Source: Nemertoderma westbladi (taxonomy: Eukaryota; Animalia; Xenacoelomorpha). Taken from it: a stretch of 53,500 nt of DNA. Numbering within the stretch: the stretch's first letter is position 1; each line of letters begins with the position of its first letter. The notes under the pieces were generated by a model, which was given only the letters and a program-made list of their open reading frames with translations, searched no databases and was not told the origin of the DNA. Below are positions 10,092-22,194 of this stretch, in pieces. The stretch lies in NCBI GenBank assembly GCA_032718475.1, contig JAUCBJ010000958.1, positions 1 through 53,500 on the forward strand. Reading direction: 5' to 3'. The translations under genes and the position numbers were made by a program.

Positions 10092-13000
10092 ATGGCTATC
10101 AAAGATGCAACCAATAAATGTAATTTATTTACTAAGGAACAATGGGCGTTTTTATCTAATATGCATGAACCTAAACAAGATTTCAAAAAGAAAATACAAG
10201 AAGGTTGTAAATCATGTAATGGAAAAGATTTTGAATTCATTAATCATAGGAAAGTCTGTGTTGAGTGTGGAGTTATAAAAGAATTCATGGAACTTTTAAA
10301 TTCTTCTTATAATAATAATAATTATAATAAACATAGTACAGAGTTTAAATATAGTAGAGAAGCTTATTTCAAATCTTGCATCAGACAGTATCAAGGACTA
10401 CAATTTTGTAGAATTCCAGATCATTTATTGAGAGAGATAACAAAAAAATTTCAAGAGAACAATCTATTGGTTGAGGATTCTGAAAATAGATACTCTTCTA
10501 TAACAAGAAAAGATATAACAAGATGTTTAAAAGAAATAAATTATGCTAAACATTACAAGAATGCTAATTTTATCTATCAAGTTATTACTAATAATCAAAT
10601 AGACAATATTAGTCATTTAGAAACAAAACTCTTATGTGATTTCAATAGATTCGTTGTGGAATATAATAAACTGCATATACAACGCAAGAACTTTCTCAGT
10701 TTACAGTACTTATTGTTTCAGTTTCTTTCAATAGATTCATTGTGGAATATAATAAACTGCATATACAACGCAAGAACTTTCTCAGTTTACAGTACTTATT
10801 GTTTCAGTTTCTTTCAATAGATTCATTGTGGAATATAATAAACTGCATATACAACGCAAGAACTTTCTCAGTTTACAGTACTTATTGTTTCAGTTTCTTT
10901 CAATAGATTCATTGTGGAATATAATAAACTGCATATACAACGCAAGAACTTTCTCAGTTTACAGTACTTATTGTTTCAGTTTCTTTCAATAGATTCATTG
11001 TGGAATATAATAAACTGCATATACAACGCAAGAACTTTCTCAGTTTACAGTACTTATTGTTTCAGTTTCTTTCAATAGATTCATTGTGGAATATAATAAA
11101 CTGCATATACAACGCAAGAACTTTCTCAGTTTACAGTACTTATTGTTTCAGTTTCTTTCAATAGATTCATTGTGGAATATAATAAACTGCATATACAACG
11201 CAAGAACTTTCTCAGTTTACAGTACTTATTGTTTCAGTTTCTTTCAATAGATTCATTGTGGAATATAATAAACTGCATATACAACGCAAGAACTTTCTCA
11301 GTTTACAGTACTTATTGTTTCAGTTTCTTTCAATAGATTCATTGTGGAATATAATAAACTGCATATACAACGCAAGAACTTTCTCAGTTTACAGTACTTA
11401 TTGTTTCAGTTTCTTTCAATAGATTCATTGTGGAATATAATAAACTGCATATACAACGCAAGAACTTTCTCAGTTTACAGTACTTATTGTTTCAGTTTCT
11501 TTCAATAGATTCATTGTGGAATATAATAAACTGCATATACAACGCAAGAACTTTCTCAGTTTACAGTACTTATTGTTTCAGTTTCTTTCAATAGATTCAT
11601 TGTGGAATATAATAAACTGCATATACAACGCAAGAACTTTCTCAGTTTACAGTACTTATTGTTTCAGTTTCTTTCAATAGATTCATTGTGGAATATAATA
11701 AACTGCATATACAACGCAAGAACTTTCTCAGTTTACAGTACTTATTGTTTCAGTTTCTTTCAATAGATTCATTGTGGAATATAATAAACTGCATATACAA
11801 CGCAAGAACTTTCTCAGTTTACAGTACTTATTGTTTCAGTTTCTTTCAATAGATTCATTGTGGAATATAATAAACTGCATATACAACGCAAGAACTTTCT
11901 CAGTTTACAGTACTTATTGTTTCAGTTTCTTTCAATAGATTCATTGTGGAATATAATAAACTGCATATACAACGCAAGAACTTTCTCAGTTTACAGTACT
12001 TATTGTTTCAGTTTCTTTCAATAGATTCATTGTGGAATATAATAAACTGCATATACAACGCAAGAACTTTCTCAGTTTACAGTACTTATTGTTTCAGTTT
12101 CTTTCAATAGATTCATTGTGGAATATAATAAACTGCATATACAACGCAAGAACTTTCTCAGTTTACAGTACTTATTGTTTCAGTTTCTTTCAATAGATTC
12201 ATTGTGGAATATAATAAACTGCATATACAACGCAAGAACTTTCTCAGTTTACAGTACTTATTGTTTCAGTTTCTTTCAATAGATTCATTGTGGAATATAA
12301 TAAACTGCATATACAACGCAAGAACTTTCTCAGTTTACAGTACTTATTGTTTCAGTTTCTTTCAATAGATTCATTGTGGAATATAATAAACTGCATATAC
12401 AACGCAAGAACTTTCTCAGTTTACAGTACTTATTGTTTCAGTTTCTTTCAATAGATTCATTGTGGAATATAATAAACTGCATATACAACGCAAGAACTTT
12501 CTCAGTTTACAGTACTTATTGTTTCAGTTTCTTTCAATAGATTCATTGTGGAATATAATAAACTGCATATACAACGCAAGAACTTTCTCAGTTTACAGTA
12601 CTTATTGTTTCAGTTTCTTTCAATAGATTCATTGTGGAATATAATACACTGCATATACAACGCAAGAACTTTCTCAGTTTACAGTACTTATTGTTTCAGT
12701 TTCTTTCAATAGATTCATTGTGGAATATAATAAACTGCATATACAACACAAGAACTTTCTCAGTTTACAGTACTTATTGTTTCAGTTTCTTTCAATAGAT
12801 TCATTGTGGAATATAATAAACTGCATATACAACGCAAGAACTTTCTCAGTTTACAGTACTTATTGTTTCAGTTTCTTTCAATAGATTCATTGTGGAATAT
12901 AATACACTGCATATACAACGCAAGAACTTTCTCAGTTTACAGTACTTATTGTTTCAGTTTCTTTCAATAGATTCATTGTGGAATATAATACACTGCATAT

Positions 13001-13264
13001 ACAACGCAAGAACTTTCTCAGTTTACAGTACTTATTGTTTCAGTTTCTTTCAATAGATTCATTGTGGAATATAATACACTGCATATACAACGCAAGAACT
13101 TTCTCAGTTTACAGTACTTATTGTTTCAGTTTCTATGTAGGCATGAACACCCCTGCAATATTGAAAATTTTACTATATTAAAAACAGAAAATGCTAAAGA
13201 GTTTCACAATGATATTTGCAAAAGAATTTTTAAAATCTTAGGTTGGAAATTTACACCTATGTAA
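10092..13264 (+). pseudogene. VLTF3-like viral late transcription factor (poxvirus A2L / iridovirus-like), interrupted by an 86-bp array
   Basis: CKSC..CVECG zinc ribbon, YSREAYFKSCIRQYQG, KHYKNANFIYQVIT, RKNFLSLQYLLFQFL, and after the array LKT..HNDICKRIFKILGWKFTPM*. Removing 28 repeat units (2408 bp) leaves 765 bp, an open 254-aa ORF. Confidence 0.88.
10641..13134. repeat. 86-bp tandem array, exactly 29 copies, nearly identical
   Basis: Unit TTCAATAGATTCATTGTGGAATATAATAAACTGCATATACAACGCAAGAACTTTCTCAGTTTACAGTACTTATTGTTTCAGTTTCT; 2494 bp / 86 = 29. Confidence 0.97.
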
Positions 13265-13355
13265 TATGATTTAAATATTATATTATATTATTATTGTAAA
13301 CTACAGTATATAGAATGCAAGTCATTATAAAAATTACTTTAATTAACATTCAATA

Positions 13356-13514
13356 CCTCGGAGGTTTCAATACCTTAGTTTCCAAACCAAAGCCTACTCA
13401 TACATTCACCTCGGAGGTTTCAATACCTTAGTTTCCAAACCAAAGCCTACTCATACATTCACCTCGGAGGTTTCAATACCTTAGTTTCCAAACCAAAGCC
13501 TACTCATACATTCA
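13356..13514. repeat. 53-bp tandem repeat, 3 copies
   Basis: CCTCGGAGGTTTCAATACC... at 13356, 13409 and 13462. Confidence 0.93.
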
Positions 13515-13519
13515 CAGTT

Positions 13520-16500
13520 TTTTTTTTATCTACAATGACCTTTGCTCAGCGTATGAGAACCTATTATTTTTTTATCTACAATGACCTTTGATCCGCGTGT
13601 GAGAACCTATTATTTTTTTATCTACAATGACCTTTGATCCGCGTGTGAGAACCTATTATTTTTTTATCTACAATGACCTTTGATCAGCGTGTGAGAACCT
13701 ATTATTTGTTTATCTACAATGACCTTTGATCAGCGTGTGAGAACCTATTATTTTTTTATCTACAATGACCTTTGATCAGCGTGTGAGAACCTATTATTTG
13801 TTTATCTACAATGACCTTTGATCAGCGTGTGAGAACCTATTATTTGTTTATCTACAATGACCTTTGATCCGCGTGTGAGAACCTATTATTTTTTTATCTA
13901 CAATGACCTTTGATCAGCGTGTGAGAACCTATTATTTGTTTATCTACAATGACCTTTGATCCGCGTGTGAGAACCTATTATTTGTTTATCTACAATGACC
14001 TTTGATCCGCGTGTGAGAACCTATTATTTTTTTATCTACAATGACCTTTGATCCGCGTGTGAGAACCTATTATTTTTTTATCTACAATGACCTTTGATCC
14101 GCGTGTGAGAACCTATTATTTGTTTATCTACAATGACCTTTGATCCGCGTGTGAGAACCTATTATTTGTTTATCTACAATGACCTTTGATCCGCGTGTGA
14201 GAACCTATTATTTTTTTATCTACAATGACCTTTGATCCGCGTATGAGAACCTATTATTTTTTTATCTACAATGACCTTTGATCCGCGTGTGAGAACCTAT
14301 TATTTTTTTATCTACAATGACCTTTGATCCGCGTGTGAGAACCTATTATTTTTTTATCTACAATGACCTTTCATCCGCGTGTGAGAACCTATTATTTTTT
14401 TATCTACAATGACCTTTGATCCGCGTGTGAGAACCTATTATTTGTTTATCTACAATGACCTTTGATCCGCGTGTGAGAACCTATTATTTGTTTATCTACA
14501 ATGACCTTTGATCAGCGTGTGAGAACCTATTATTTGTTTATCTACAATGACCTTTGATCCGCGTGTGAGAACCTATTATTTGTTTATCTACAATGACCTT
14601 TGATCCGCGTGTGAGAACCTATTATTTTTTTATCTACAATGACCTTTGATCCGCGTGTGAGAACCTATTATTTTTTTATCTACAATGACCTTTGATCCGC
14701 GTGTGAGAACCTATTATTTTTTTATCTACAATGACCTTTGATCCGCGTGTGAGAACCTATTATTTGTTTATCTACAATGACCTTTGATCCGCGTGTGAGA
14801 ACCTATTATTTGTTTATCTACAATGACCTTTGATCCGCGTGTGAGAACCTATTATTTGTTTATCTACAATGACCTTTGATCCGCGTGTGAGAACCTATTA
14901 TTTTTTTATCTACAATGACCTTTGATCAGCGTGTGAGAACCTATTATTTGTTTATCTACAATGACCTTTGATCCGCGTGTGAGAACCTATTATTTTTTTA
15001 TCTACAATGACCTTTGATCCGCGTGTGAGAACCTATTATTTGTTTATCTACAATGACCTTTGATCCGCGTGTGAGAACCTATTATTTTTTTATCTACAAT
15101 GACCTTTGATCCGCGTGTGAGAACCTATTATTTGTTTATCTACAATGACCTTTGATCCGCGTGTGAGAACCTATTATTTTTTTTATCTACAATGACCTTT
15201 GATCAGCGTGTGAGAACCTATTATTTGTTTATCTACAATGACCTTTGATCCGCGTGTGAGAACCTATTATTTTTTTATCTACAATGACCTTTGATCCGCG
15301 TGTGAGAACCTATTATTTGTTTATCTACAATGACCTTTGATCCGCGTGTGAGAACCTATTATTTGTTTATCTACAATGACCTTTGATCCGCGTGTGAGAA
15401 CCTATTATTTGTTTATCTACAATGACCTTTGATCAGCGTGTGAGAACCTATTATTTGTTTATCTACAATGACCTTTGATCCGCGTGTGAGAACCTATTAT
15501 TTGTTTATCTACAATGACCTTTGATCAGCGTGTGAGAACCTATTATTTGTTTATCTACAATGACCTTTGATCAGCGTGTGAGAACCTATTATTTTTTTAT
15601 CTACAATGACCTTTGATCCGCGTGTGAGAACCTATTATTTTTTTTATCTACAATGACCTTTGATCCGCGTGTGAGAACCTATTATTTGTTTATCTACAAT
15701 GACCTTTGATCCGCGTGTGAGAACCTATTATTTGTTTATCTACAATGACCTTTGATCAGCGTGTGAGAACCTATTATTTGTTTATCTACAATGACCTTTG
15801 ATCCGCGTGTGAGAACCTATTATTTGTTTATCTACAATGACCTTTGATCAGCGTGTGAGAACCTATTATTTGTTTATCTACAATGACCTTTGATCAGCGT
15901 GTGAGAACCTATTATTTTTTTATCTACAATGACCTTTGACCTTTGAACCTATTATTTTTTTATCTACAATGACCTTTGATCCGCGTGTGAGAACCTATTA
16001 TTTGTTTATCTACAATGACCTTTGATCCGCGTGTGAGAACCTATTATTTGTTTATCTACAATGACCTTTGATCAGCGTGTGAGAACCTATTATTTGTTTA
16101 TCTACAATGACCTTTGATCCGCGTGTGAGAACCTATTATTTGTTTATCTACAATGACCTTTGATCAGCGTGTGAGAACCTATTATTTTTTTATCTACAAT
16201 GACCTTTGATCCGCGTGTGAGAACCTATTATTTGTTTATCTACAATGACCTTTGATCCGCGTGTGAGAACCTATTATTTGTTTATCTACAATGACCTTTG
16301 ATCAGCGTGTGAGAACCTATTATTTGTTTATCTACAATGACCTTTGATCCGCGTGTGAGAACCTATTATTTGTTTATCTACAATGACCTTTGATCAGCGT
16401 GTGAGAACCTATTATTTGTTTATCTACAATGACCTTTGATCCGCGTGTGAGAACCTATTATTTGTTTATCTACAATGACCTTTGATCAGCGTGTGAGAAC

Positions 16501-16965
16501 CTATTATTTGTTTATCTACAATGACCTTTGATCCGCGTGTGAGAACCTATTATTTGTTTATCTACAATGACCTTTGATCAGCGTGTGAGAACCTATTATT
16601 TTTTTATCTACAATGACCTTTGATCCGCGTGTGAGAACCTATTATTTGTTTATCTACAATGACCTTTGATCCGCGTGTGAGAACCTATTATTTGTTTATC
16701 TACAATGACCTTTGATCAGCGTGTGAGAACCTATTATTTGTTTATCTACAATGACCTTTGATCCGCGTGTGAGAACCTATTATTTGTTTATCTACAATGA
16801 CCTTTGATCCGCGTGTGAGAACCTATTATTTGTTTATCTACAATGACCTTTGATCCGCGTGTGAGAACCTATTATTTGTTTATCTACAATGACCTTTGAT
16901 CCGCGTGTGAGAACCTATTATTTGTTTATCTACAATGACCTTTGACCTTTGAACCTATTATTTGC
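13520..16965. repeat. 46-bp satellite, about 75 copies
   Basis: Unit GAACCTATTATTT(G/T)TTTATCTACAATGACCTTTGATC(C/A)GCGTGTGA; the same phase recurs at 13741 and 15121 (30 x 46). Confidence 0.97.
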
Positions 16966-17025
16966 TTAATATATATTGAAGTAGCTCCACGTGCATTATA
17001 AGGAGTCAATTTTAACCTGGGGTAG

Positions 17026-20000
17026 TTGGTGGCCGCATTGAGCGGTTTTCTATACTACTGCCATACTACCTTACATACAAGACATGACAGACGTGTAACT
17101 AGTATGATAAGTCACAAGGAGCAGCTAATCCACCAGGTGAGTTTAGAACTTGGGGAGAAGACGAGTCAGCTAGAGATTCCATCGACGACAGATGATAACG
17201 CCGGAAGGCTTGCGAGTCTACCTACCCCAATAACCTCAACAATGCCCGTCGATATCGATGATGACGCGTTGAGAAATCATCAAGTGGAACAAGCTGCACT
17301 GGACAAAGAATTAACGGAGAAGACTATCAGGTGGTTAGAACAAGATACAGCTGAACCTGGTAGCTACGAACCATGTATGTCGGAACAGGAGAAACAATCT
17401 TTGAGGATCATGGAAGATACTATCCGCCAGACGAAAGACGGACATTATGAGGTGGGGATGTTATGGCGAAGCCAAAGTCCTAAACTTATAAATAACTACC
17501 CACTAGCTTTAAGGCGTCTACACTCAATACGGCAACGTCTATTAAAGGACGAGAAAGCCCATCTGCAGTACAACACTCAGATGGAGACGTATTTGACCAA
17601 GGGATACGCTATCCGAATGACTAACCCAGAGATAGTGACTGACCAGACGTACTACTTGCCACATCACTTCGTGAGACACCCCGACAAACCAGACAAAGTA
17701 CGTGTAGTCAATGACTGTGCGGCTCTGTTTGAGGGAATGTCCCTCAATAGCGAATTGATGGATGGACCAAACATGAATAATTATCTTATGGGGGTGATTA
17801 TGCGCTTCCGTCAGCGTCAAGTAGCCTTTACTTGTGACGTAGAAGCTATGTTTCACCAAGTGAGAGCGTTGGAGCGAGACAGAGACAGTTTGAGGTTCCT
17901 CTGGTACCCGGAAGGAGACTTAAGTCTACCACCGGCGACTTACCAAATGCAAGTTCGCGTTTTCGGTGCCAGAGACAGCCCAAACTGTACGATGTACGCC
18001 CTAAAACAAACCGCTAGGGATCAGAAACATTTATATGACCCAGAGATAATTAGGATTGTGGAGCGTGACTTTTACGTCGACGACGGTTTACAGAGTTGCG
18101 ACACAGTAGAACGTGCTACAACAGTAGCACATCAATTACGGGACTGCTTAGCGGGCGGAGGTTTTAACCTCACCAAATTCGCCTCAAACAGTGCTGAATT
18201 AGTAGACTCATTCGGAACGACTGAGCGTGGAGGTGGTGACATAGACCTAGAGTTCGAACCACTACCGACGACCAAGGTGTTGGGGCTCTTTTGGGACCCA
18301 AACACGGACAACTTTCGAGTGAAGGTGAGACTGGACAGTCAAGAAAACACACTGACAAAGAGATCATGCTTGTCAAAATTGAGCCGATTGTTCGATCCAT
18401 TAGGATTCATCAGTCCAATAATACTGCAAGCCCGCATTTATATGCGCAGTATTTGGAAAGATGGACTGACATGGGACGAGCCGATCTCATCAGACCAAGT
18501 GGACTTATGGAAGACCTGGGAGGCAGAATTATCTTCGCTAGAGGATTATTCCATACCCAGAGTCTACTTTCCATTACAAACAACGTTTCCTGACAACTTG
18601 GAATTACATTGTTTTTCTGACGCCAGTGACAACGGTTTTGGTGTGGCAGCGTACTTGCGCAGACAAGTAGACTCAGAAGAATTCGATGTTTCGCTCATTA
18701 CTTCTAAGGCAAAAACAATGCCTACTAAGTATATGACGACACCACGAGCTGAGCTACAAGCTGCAACCCTGTCAACCACCATCGTGAACCTTATACAGAC
18801 AGAACTACAGTCAAGTTTACAGATATTTTATTGGACTGACGCGACGTTGGTTTTATTTTACATAAACAACGACACACTTGAATTCAAGACATTCGTAGCT
18901 AACCGTCGCGCGGAAATTCTAGACCGTTCAATAAAGGAAGATTGGCGACATTGTCCCGGACCACAAAACCCAGCCGATATTGCGTCGCGAGGAATGATGC
19001 CTGAGGAATTCTGTAAACCGGAGAACAAAGAATTTTGGCAACACGGACCTCAATTCTTACAAAGATCAACACTAAATTGGCCACCACTATATGACAACAA
19101 GTCTAACACTATCCCTAAGGACGCCGAAATCAAGAAACCAAAAAAGGGGAAGGCAAAGAAAAGGACGACGGCGGCCAAACTTAAGAAGAAACCGAAGGCG
19201 AAATGGAAGGATATAACTTCAAAGGTCAAGAGAGGAAGACTTGCGAGCCTTTCTACACCAGACATATCGCCAGACGGTCAACCAGACACGTTACCAGACG
19301 GTCAACCAGACGTTTTGCCAGACATATCACAAAATGTTCTACCAGACACTAGTAACATACTGACAAACAGTAAAGCCGCAGTTTCTCTATTGGAGCGGCC
19401 TTCTTTTGACAAACAACCAGATACGTTACCAGACGTATCGCCAGACACGTTACTAGACGGTCAACCAGACGTTTTGCCAGACACGTCACTAGATATTTCG
19501 CCGGATGTTCCGCGAAACATTTTACCAGACATGTCACAAAATGTTCTACTAGACACTAGTAACATATTGACAAACAGTAAAGCCGCAGTTTCTCTATTGG
19601 AGCAGCCTTGTATTGACAAACTACCAAATTTGACACACTTGAGCAACGATAAGCACGGTGAAACCTCATGTATTACAGATGTGGGTAGTACCTACGCTAA
19701 TGTAAATACAGGTGTTACTTTGCGCTCAAGAGACATACCGAACTTGCAACCTATGGTGAGACCTGGGATTAATGTCGGCAGAAAAATAAGTTTACCGAAA
19801 CCCACTGACCGCATAGAGTTCAAACCACCATTAACGATCGACTTACAAAGTAGTGACAATCAAGGTAAGAAGACGAAGAAGGACAAATTACTTGTAGACC
19901 CAGACGGATCAACAGTCAACAAGGGAATACTTACCGGCGGACCCGTGGGCCCTTCTAGTAAATCAAAACCTTCCAAATTCTCCATTGACTTACCTGATGA

Positions 20001-21525
20001 CGTCACAAATACTTACGTCGACCGTATTGTAAACCTAACAGATTCTTGGACAAACGCTTGCCGAAAATTAGCGTGGATTGTACGTTTTGTACAATACGTT
20101 AAAGGCAAACGAGACTTTACACGTCGACTTACATTGGCTGAGATTGACAGGTGTGAAATTAAATTAATTCGCCATTACCAACTGCGATATTTCGCACGCG
20201 AATTCACATCTATAAATCAAGGTCAACCAATCAAGTCGTCACCAATATTGAGTTGGAGTCCGATAATTTATAACGGCTTAATTTGTCATAAATCTCGGCT
20301 TCAAAACATTGACTTTAACACAAACTTTAGATACCCAATAATAATACCGCAACATCACGAACTACAACGTGCAATGATACTGGACGCACATTTACATCTG
20401 AAACACGCTGGAAGACACCACTGTCTTTCGTACTTACGTACAAGATTTGTATTAATTAGACCCAGTAAAGCATTAAGTTCAGTGACACGTACGTGTATTA
20501 TTTGTAAAAAGGTACATTCTAGAATAGGTACCCAAGAAATGAGTGAACTTCCACAAGCACGACTTCAAGCATTCAGACCACCTTTTACAGAGACTGGAAT
20601 TGATTGCTTTGGTCCCATACATACGAAACGTGGACGTATACTAGTAAAACGCTGGGGACTGATTTTCACATGTATGTCCAGTAGGGCAGTTCATATTGAA
20701 CGTGTGATGGATCTTTCCACCAACGCGTTTATACTAGCATTGCGGCGATTTATCGCTAGACGCGGACTAGTGAAATGCTTGTACTCAGACCAAGGGACAA
20801 ACTTTGTTGGTGCTCGAAATGAGATTGCTAGAGCCTTTAAGAAATTAGATCATGATCAAATCTCGAACGAACTACAACCTCACAAGATTGTTTGGAAGTT
20901 TAATCCTCCAGATAGTCCTTGGAGGGGCGGAGTCTGGGAGAGATTGATTAGATCTATCAAAACGGCAATGGCAAAGGTCATTCCAGTAAACCACATATTA
21001 ACAGACGACCAACTGACAACATTGTTTGTTGAAATCGAGGCAATACTAAATACTAGACCAATAGTATTGGTACCCGATGACAAACAATCCCAGTTTGCAT
21101 TAACACCTGCACACCTGCTAATGCAGGCACCGACAACATTGACGCCTATTTCAATTCCAACAGAAAGCGATAGCTACGGTAGAAAAGCGTGGAAAATCAC
21201 GCAACTACTGGCTAACAAATTCTGGGAAATATGGCAAAACCATTATTTGCCCTCTATTTCTGCCAGAACAACTTGGTACAATAACACCCGCGCATTAAAG
21301 CCGGGAGATCACGTGCTGTTAGCGGAAGTGAATCTAAAAAGACGCTTCTGGATAACAGGTGTAATTTTAGCCACACATCCATCTATGGATGGAGTGACAA
21401 GAACTGTGACGGTACGGACAATTGACGGTCGTACAGTAGACAGACCGACTCAACGTCTCGTACTTCTTGAAGAGACTCGTAACGAGTCTCGAGACTACAA
21501 ATCTCCACCTAATATTAGTAAATAA
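17026..21525 (+). CDS. BEL/Pao pol polyprotein (RT, RNase H, integrase), 5'-truncated
   Basis: YYLPHH..KVRVVND, DVEAMFHQV, FYVDD, LFDPLG, FSDAS, PRAELQAA, WTDA, NPADIASRG, HHCC, GIDCFGP, SDQGTNF, GGVWERLI. Gag and most of the protease are absent; a remnant NLG*LVA (LGW-like motif) lies just upstream. Confidence 0.95.
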   Translation: MVAALSGFLYYCHTTLHTRHDRRVTSMISHKEQLIHQVSLELGEKTSQLEIPSTTDDNAGRLASLPTPITSTMPVDIDDDALRNHQVEQAALDKELTEKTIRWLEQDTAEPGSYEPCMSEQEKQSLRIMEDTIRQTKDGHYEVGMLWRSQSPKLINNYPLALRRLHSIRQRLLKDEKAHLQYNTQMETYLTKGYAIRMTNPEIVTDQTYYLPHHFVRHPDKPDKVRVVNDCAALFEGMSLNSELMDGPNMNNYLMGVIMRFRQRQVAFTCDVEAMFHQVRALERDRDSLRFLWYPEGDLSLPPATYQMQVRVFGARDSPNCTMYALKQTARDQKHLYDPEIIRIVERDFYVDDGLQSCDTVERATTVAHQLRDCLAGGGFNLTKFASNSAELVDSFGTTERGGGDIDLEFEPLPTTKVLGLFWDPNTDNFRVKVRLDSQENTLTKRSCLSKLSRLFDPLGFISPIILQARIYMRSIWKDGLTWDEPISSDQVDLWKTWEAELSSLEDYSIPRVYFPLQTTFPDNLELHCFSDASDNGFGVAAYLRRQVDSEEFDVSLITSKAKTMPTKYMTTPRAELQAATLSTTIVNLIQTELQSSLQIFYWTDATLVLFYINNDTLEFKTFVANRRAEILDRSIKEDWRHCPGPQNPADIASRGMMPEEFCKPENKEFWQHGPQFLQRSTLNWPPLYDNKSNTIPKDAEIKKPKKGKAKKRTTAAKLKKKPKAKWKDITSKVKRGRLASLSTPDISPDGQPDTLPDGQPDVLPDISQNVLPDTSNILTNSKAAVSLLERPSFDKQPDTLPDVSPDTLLDGQPDVLPDTSLDISPDVPRNILPDMSQNVLLDTSNILTNSKAAVSLLEQPCIDKLPNLTHLSNDKHGETSCITDVGSTYANVNTGVTLRSRDIPNLQPMVRPGINVGRKISLPKPTDRIEFKPPLTIDLQSSDNQGKKTKKDKLLVDPDGSTVNKGILTGGPVGPSSKSKPSKFSIDLPDDVTNTYVDRIVNLTDSWTNACRKLAWIVRFVQYVKGKRDFTRRLTLAEIDRCEIKLIRHYQLRYFAREFTSINQGQPIKSSPILSWSPIIYNGLICHKSRLQNIDFNTNFRYPIIIPQHHELQRAMILDAHLHLKHAGRHHCLSYLRTRFVLIRPSKALSSVTRTCIICKKVHSRIGTQEMSELPQARLQAFRPPFTETGIDCFGPIHTKRGRILVKRWGLIFTCMSSRAVHIERVMDLSTNAFILALRRFIARRGLVKCLYSDQGTNFVGARNEIARAFKKLDHDQISNELQPHKIVWKFNPPDSPWRGGVWERLIRSIKTAMAKVIPVNHILTDDQLTTLFVEIEAILNTRPIVLVPDDKQSQFALTPAHLLMQAPTTLTPISIPTESDSYGRKAWKITQLLANKFWEIWQNHYLPSISARTTWYNNTRALKPGDHVLLAEVNLKRRFWITGVILATHPSMDGVTRTVTVRTIDGRTVDRPTQRLVLLEETRNESRDYKSPPNISK

Positions 21526-22194
21526 TTAGGAGTTTACAAATAGATTTCCACGTACCTGTACACCGTAGTAAGGACAGCGGTAGAATTCCATTGTCTTTAT
21601 ATGTGAACATTGAGGGTAGTACCCTTATGTGTCACATAGGAGCGGGATTTGTAGGTATAAGAAATGGAATTCTACTTGGAACTCACAATATTGAGACATT
21701 TTCGAAATTTTAGACAATCCATTTGGATTTGAAAAAAAAAATTTTTTAAATTTTCTCCAGTGAATAGATTTCAGGGTACAGTCGGGTGGAACTTAAAATT
21801 AGAGAAACAAGAGAGGAAGACTTGCGAGCCTTTCTTAAAATTTTTTAATTAAATTTTACACGGTCTTGTTTCAATAAGTTACGTCAATAAATAGACTCCC
21901 CTATATTTATTACTAATTCTTGACTGCTTATTTTCTGATAATAGTTTGGGATCAAAAAGTGAGTATTTTAGACTCACAGCCAGTTTAGCCCAAATTCGTT
22001 TTTATTTCGGCAAAAAATTTTAGATAAGAAGCAGCGTGTCATTAAAGAAACCCTAGATCTTAGGCTATGGGTAGGAGGTTAGAGCGTTGTCGAGCCAAAA
22101 GGGCAGACGAAAACTCTCACGTCTCCTCACAACTAACAATAAACTCTGTTGTATTCCCTCTAGTAGTAATGATTATGTAACTACACCCCTAATT

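Noticed and set aside
10641-13134. The 86-bp array as a newly gained intron that restores VLTF3
   Set aside because: Exact removal of whole units needs an AG|GT site in the unit; it has CAG acceptor-like sites but no AGGT and no strong donor.
10641-16965. CRISPR-like appearance of the long arrays
   Set aside because: Units are head-to-tail with no unique spacers, no cas genes are present and the context is eukaryotic.
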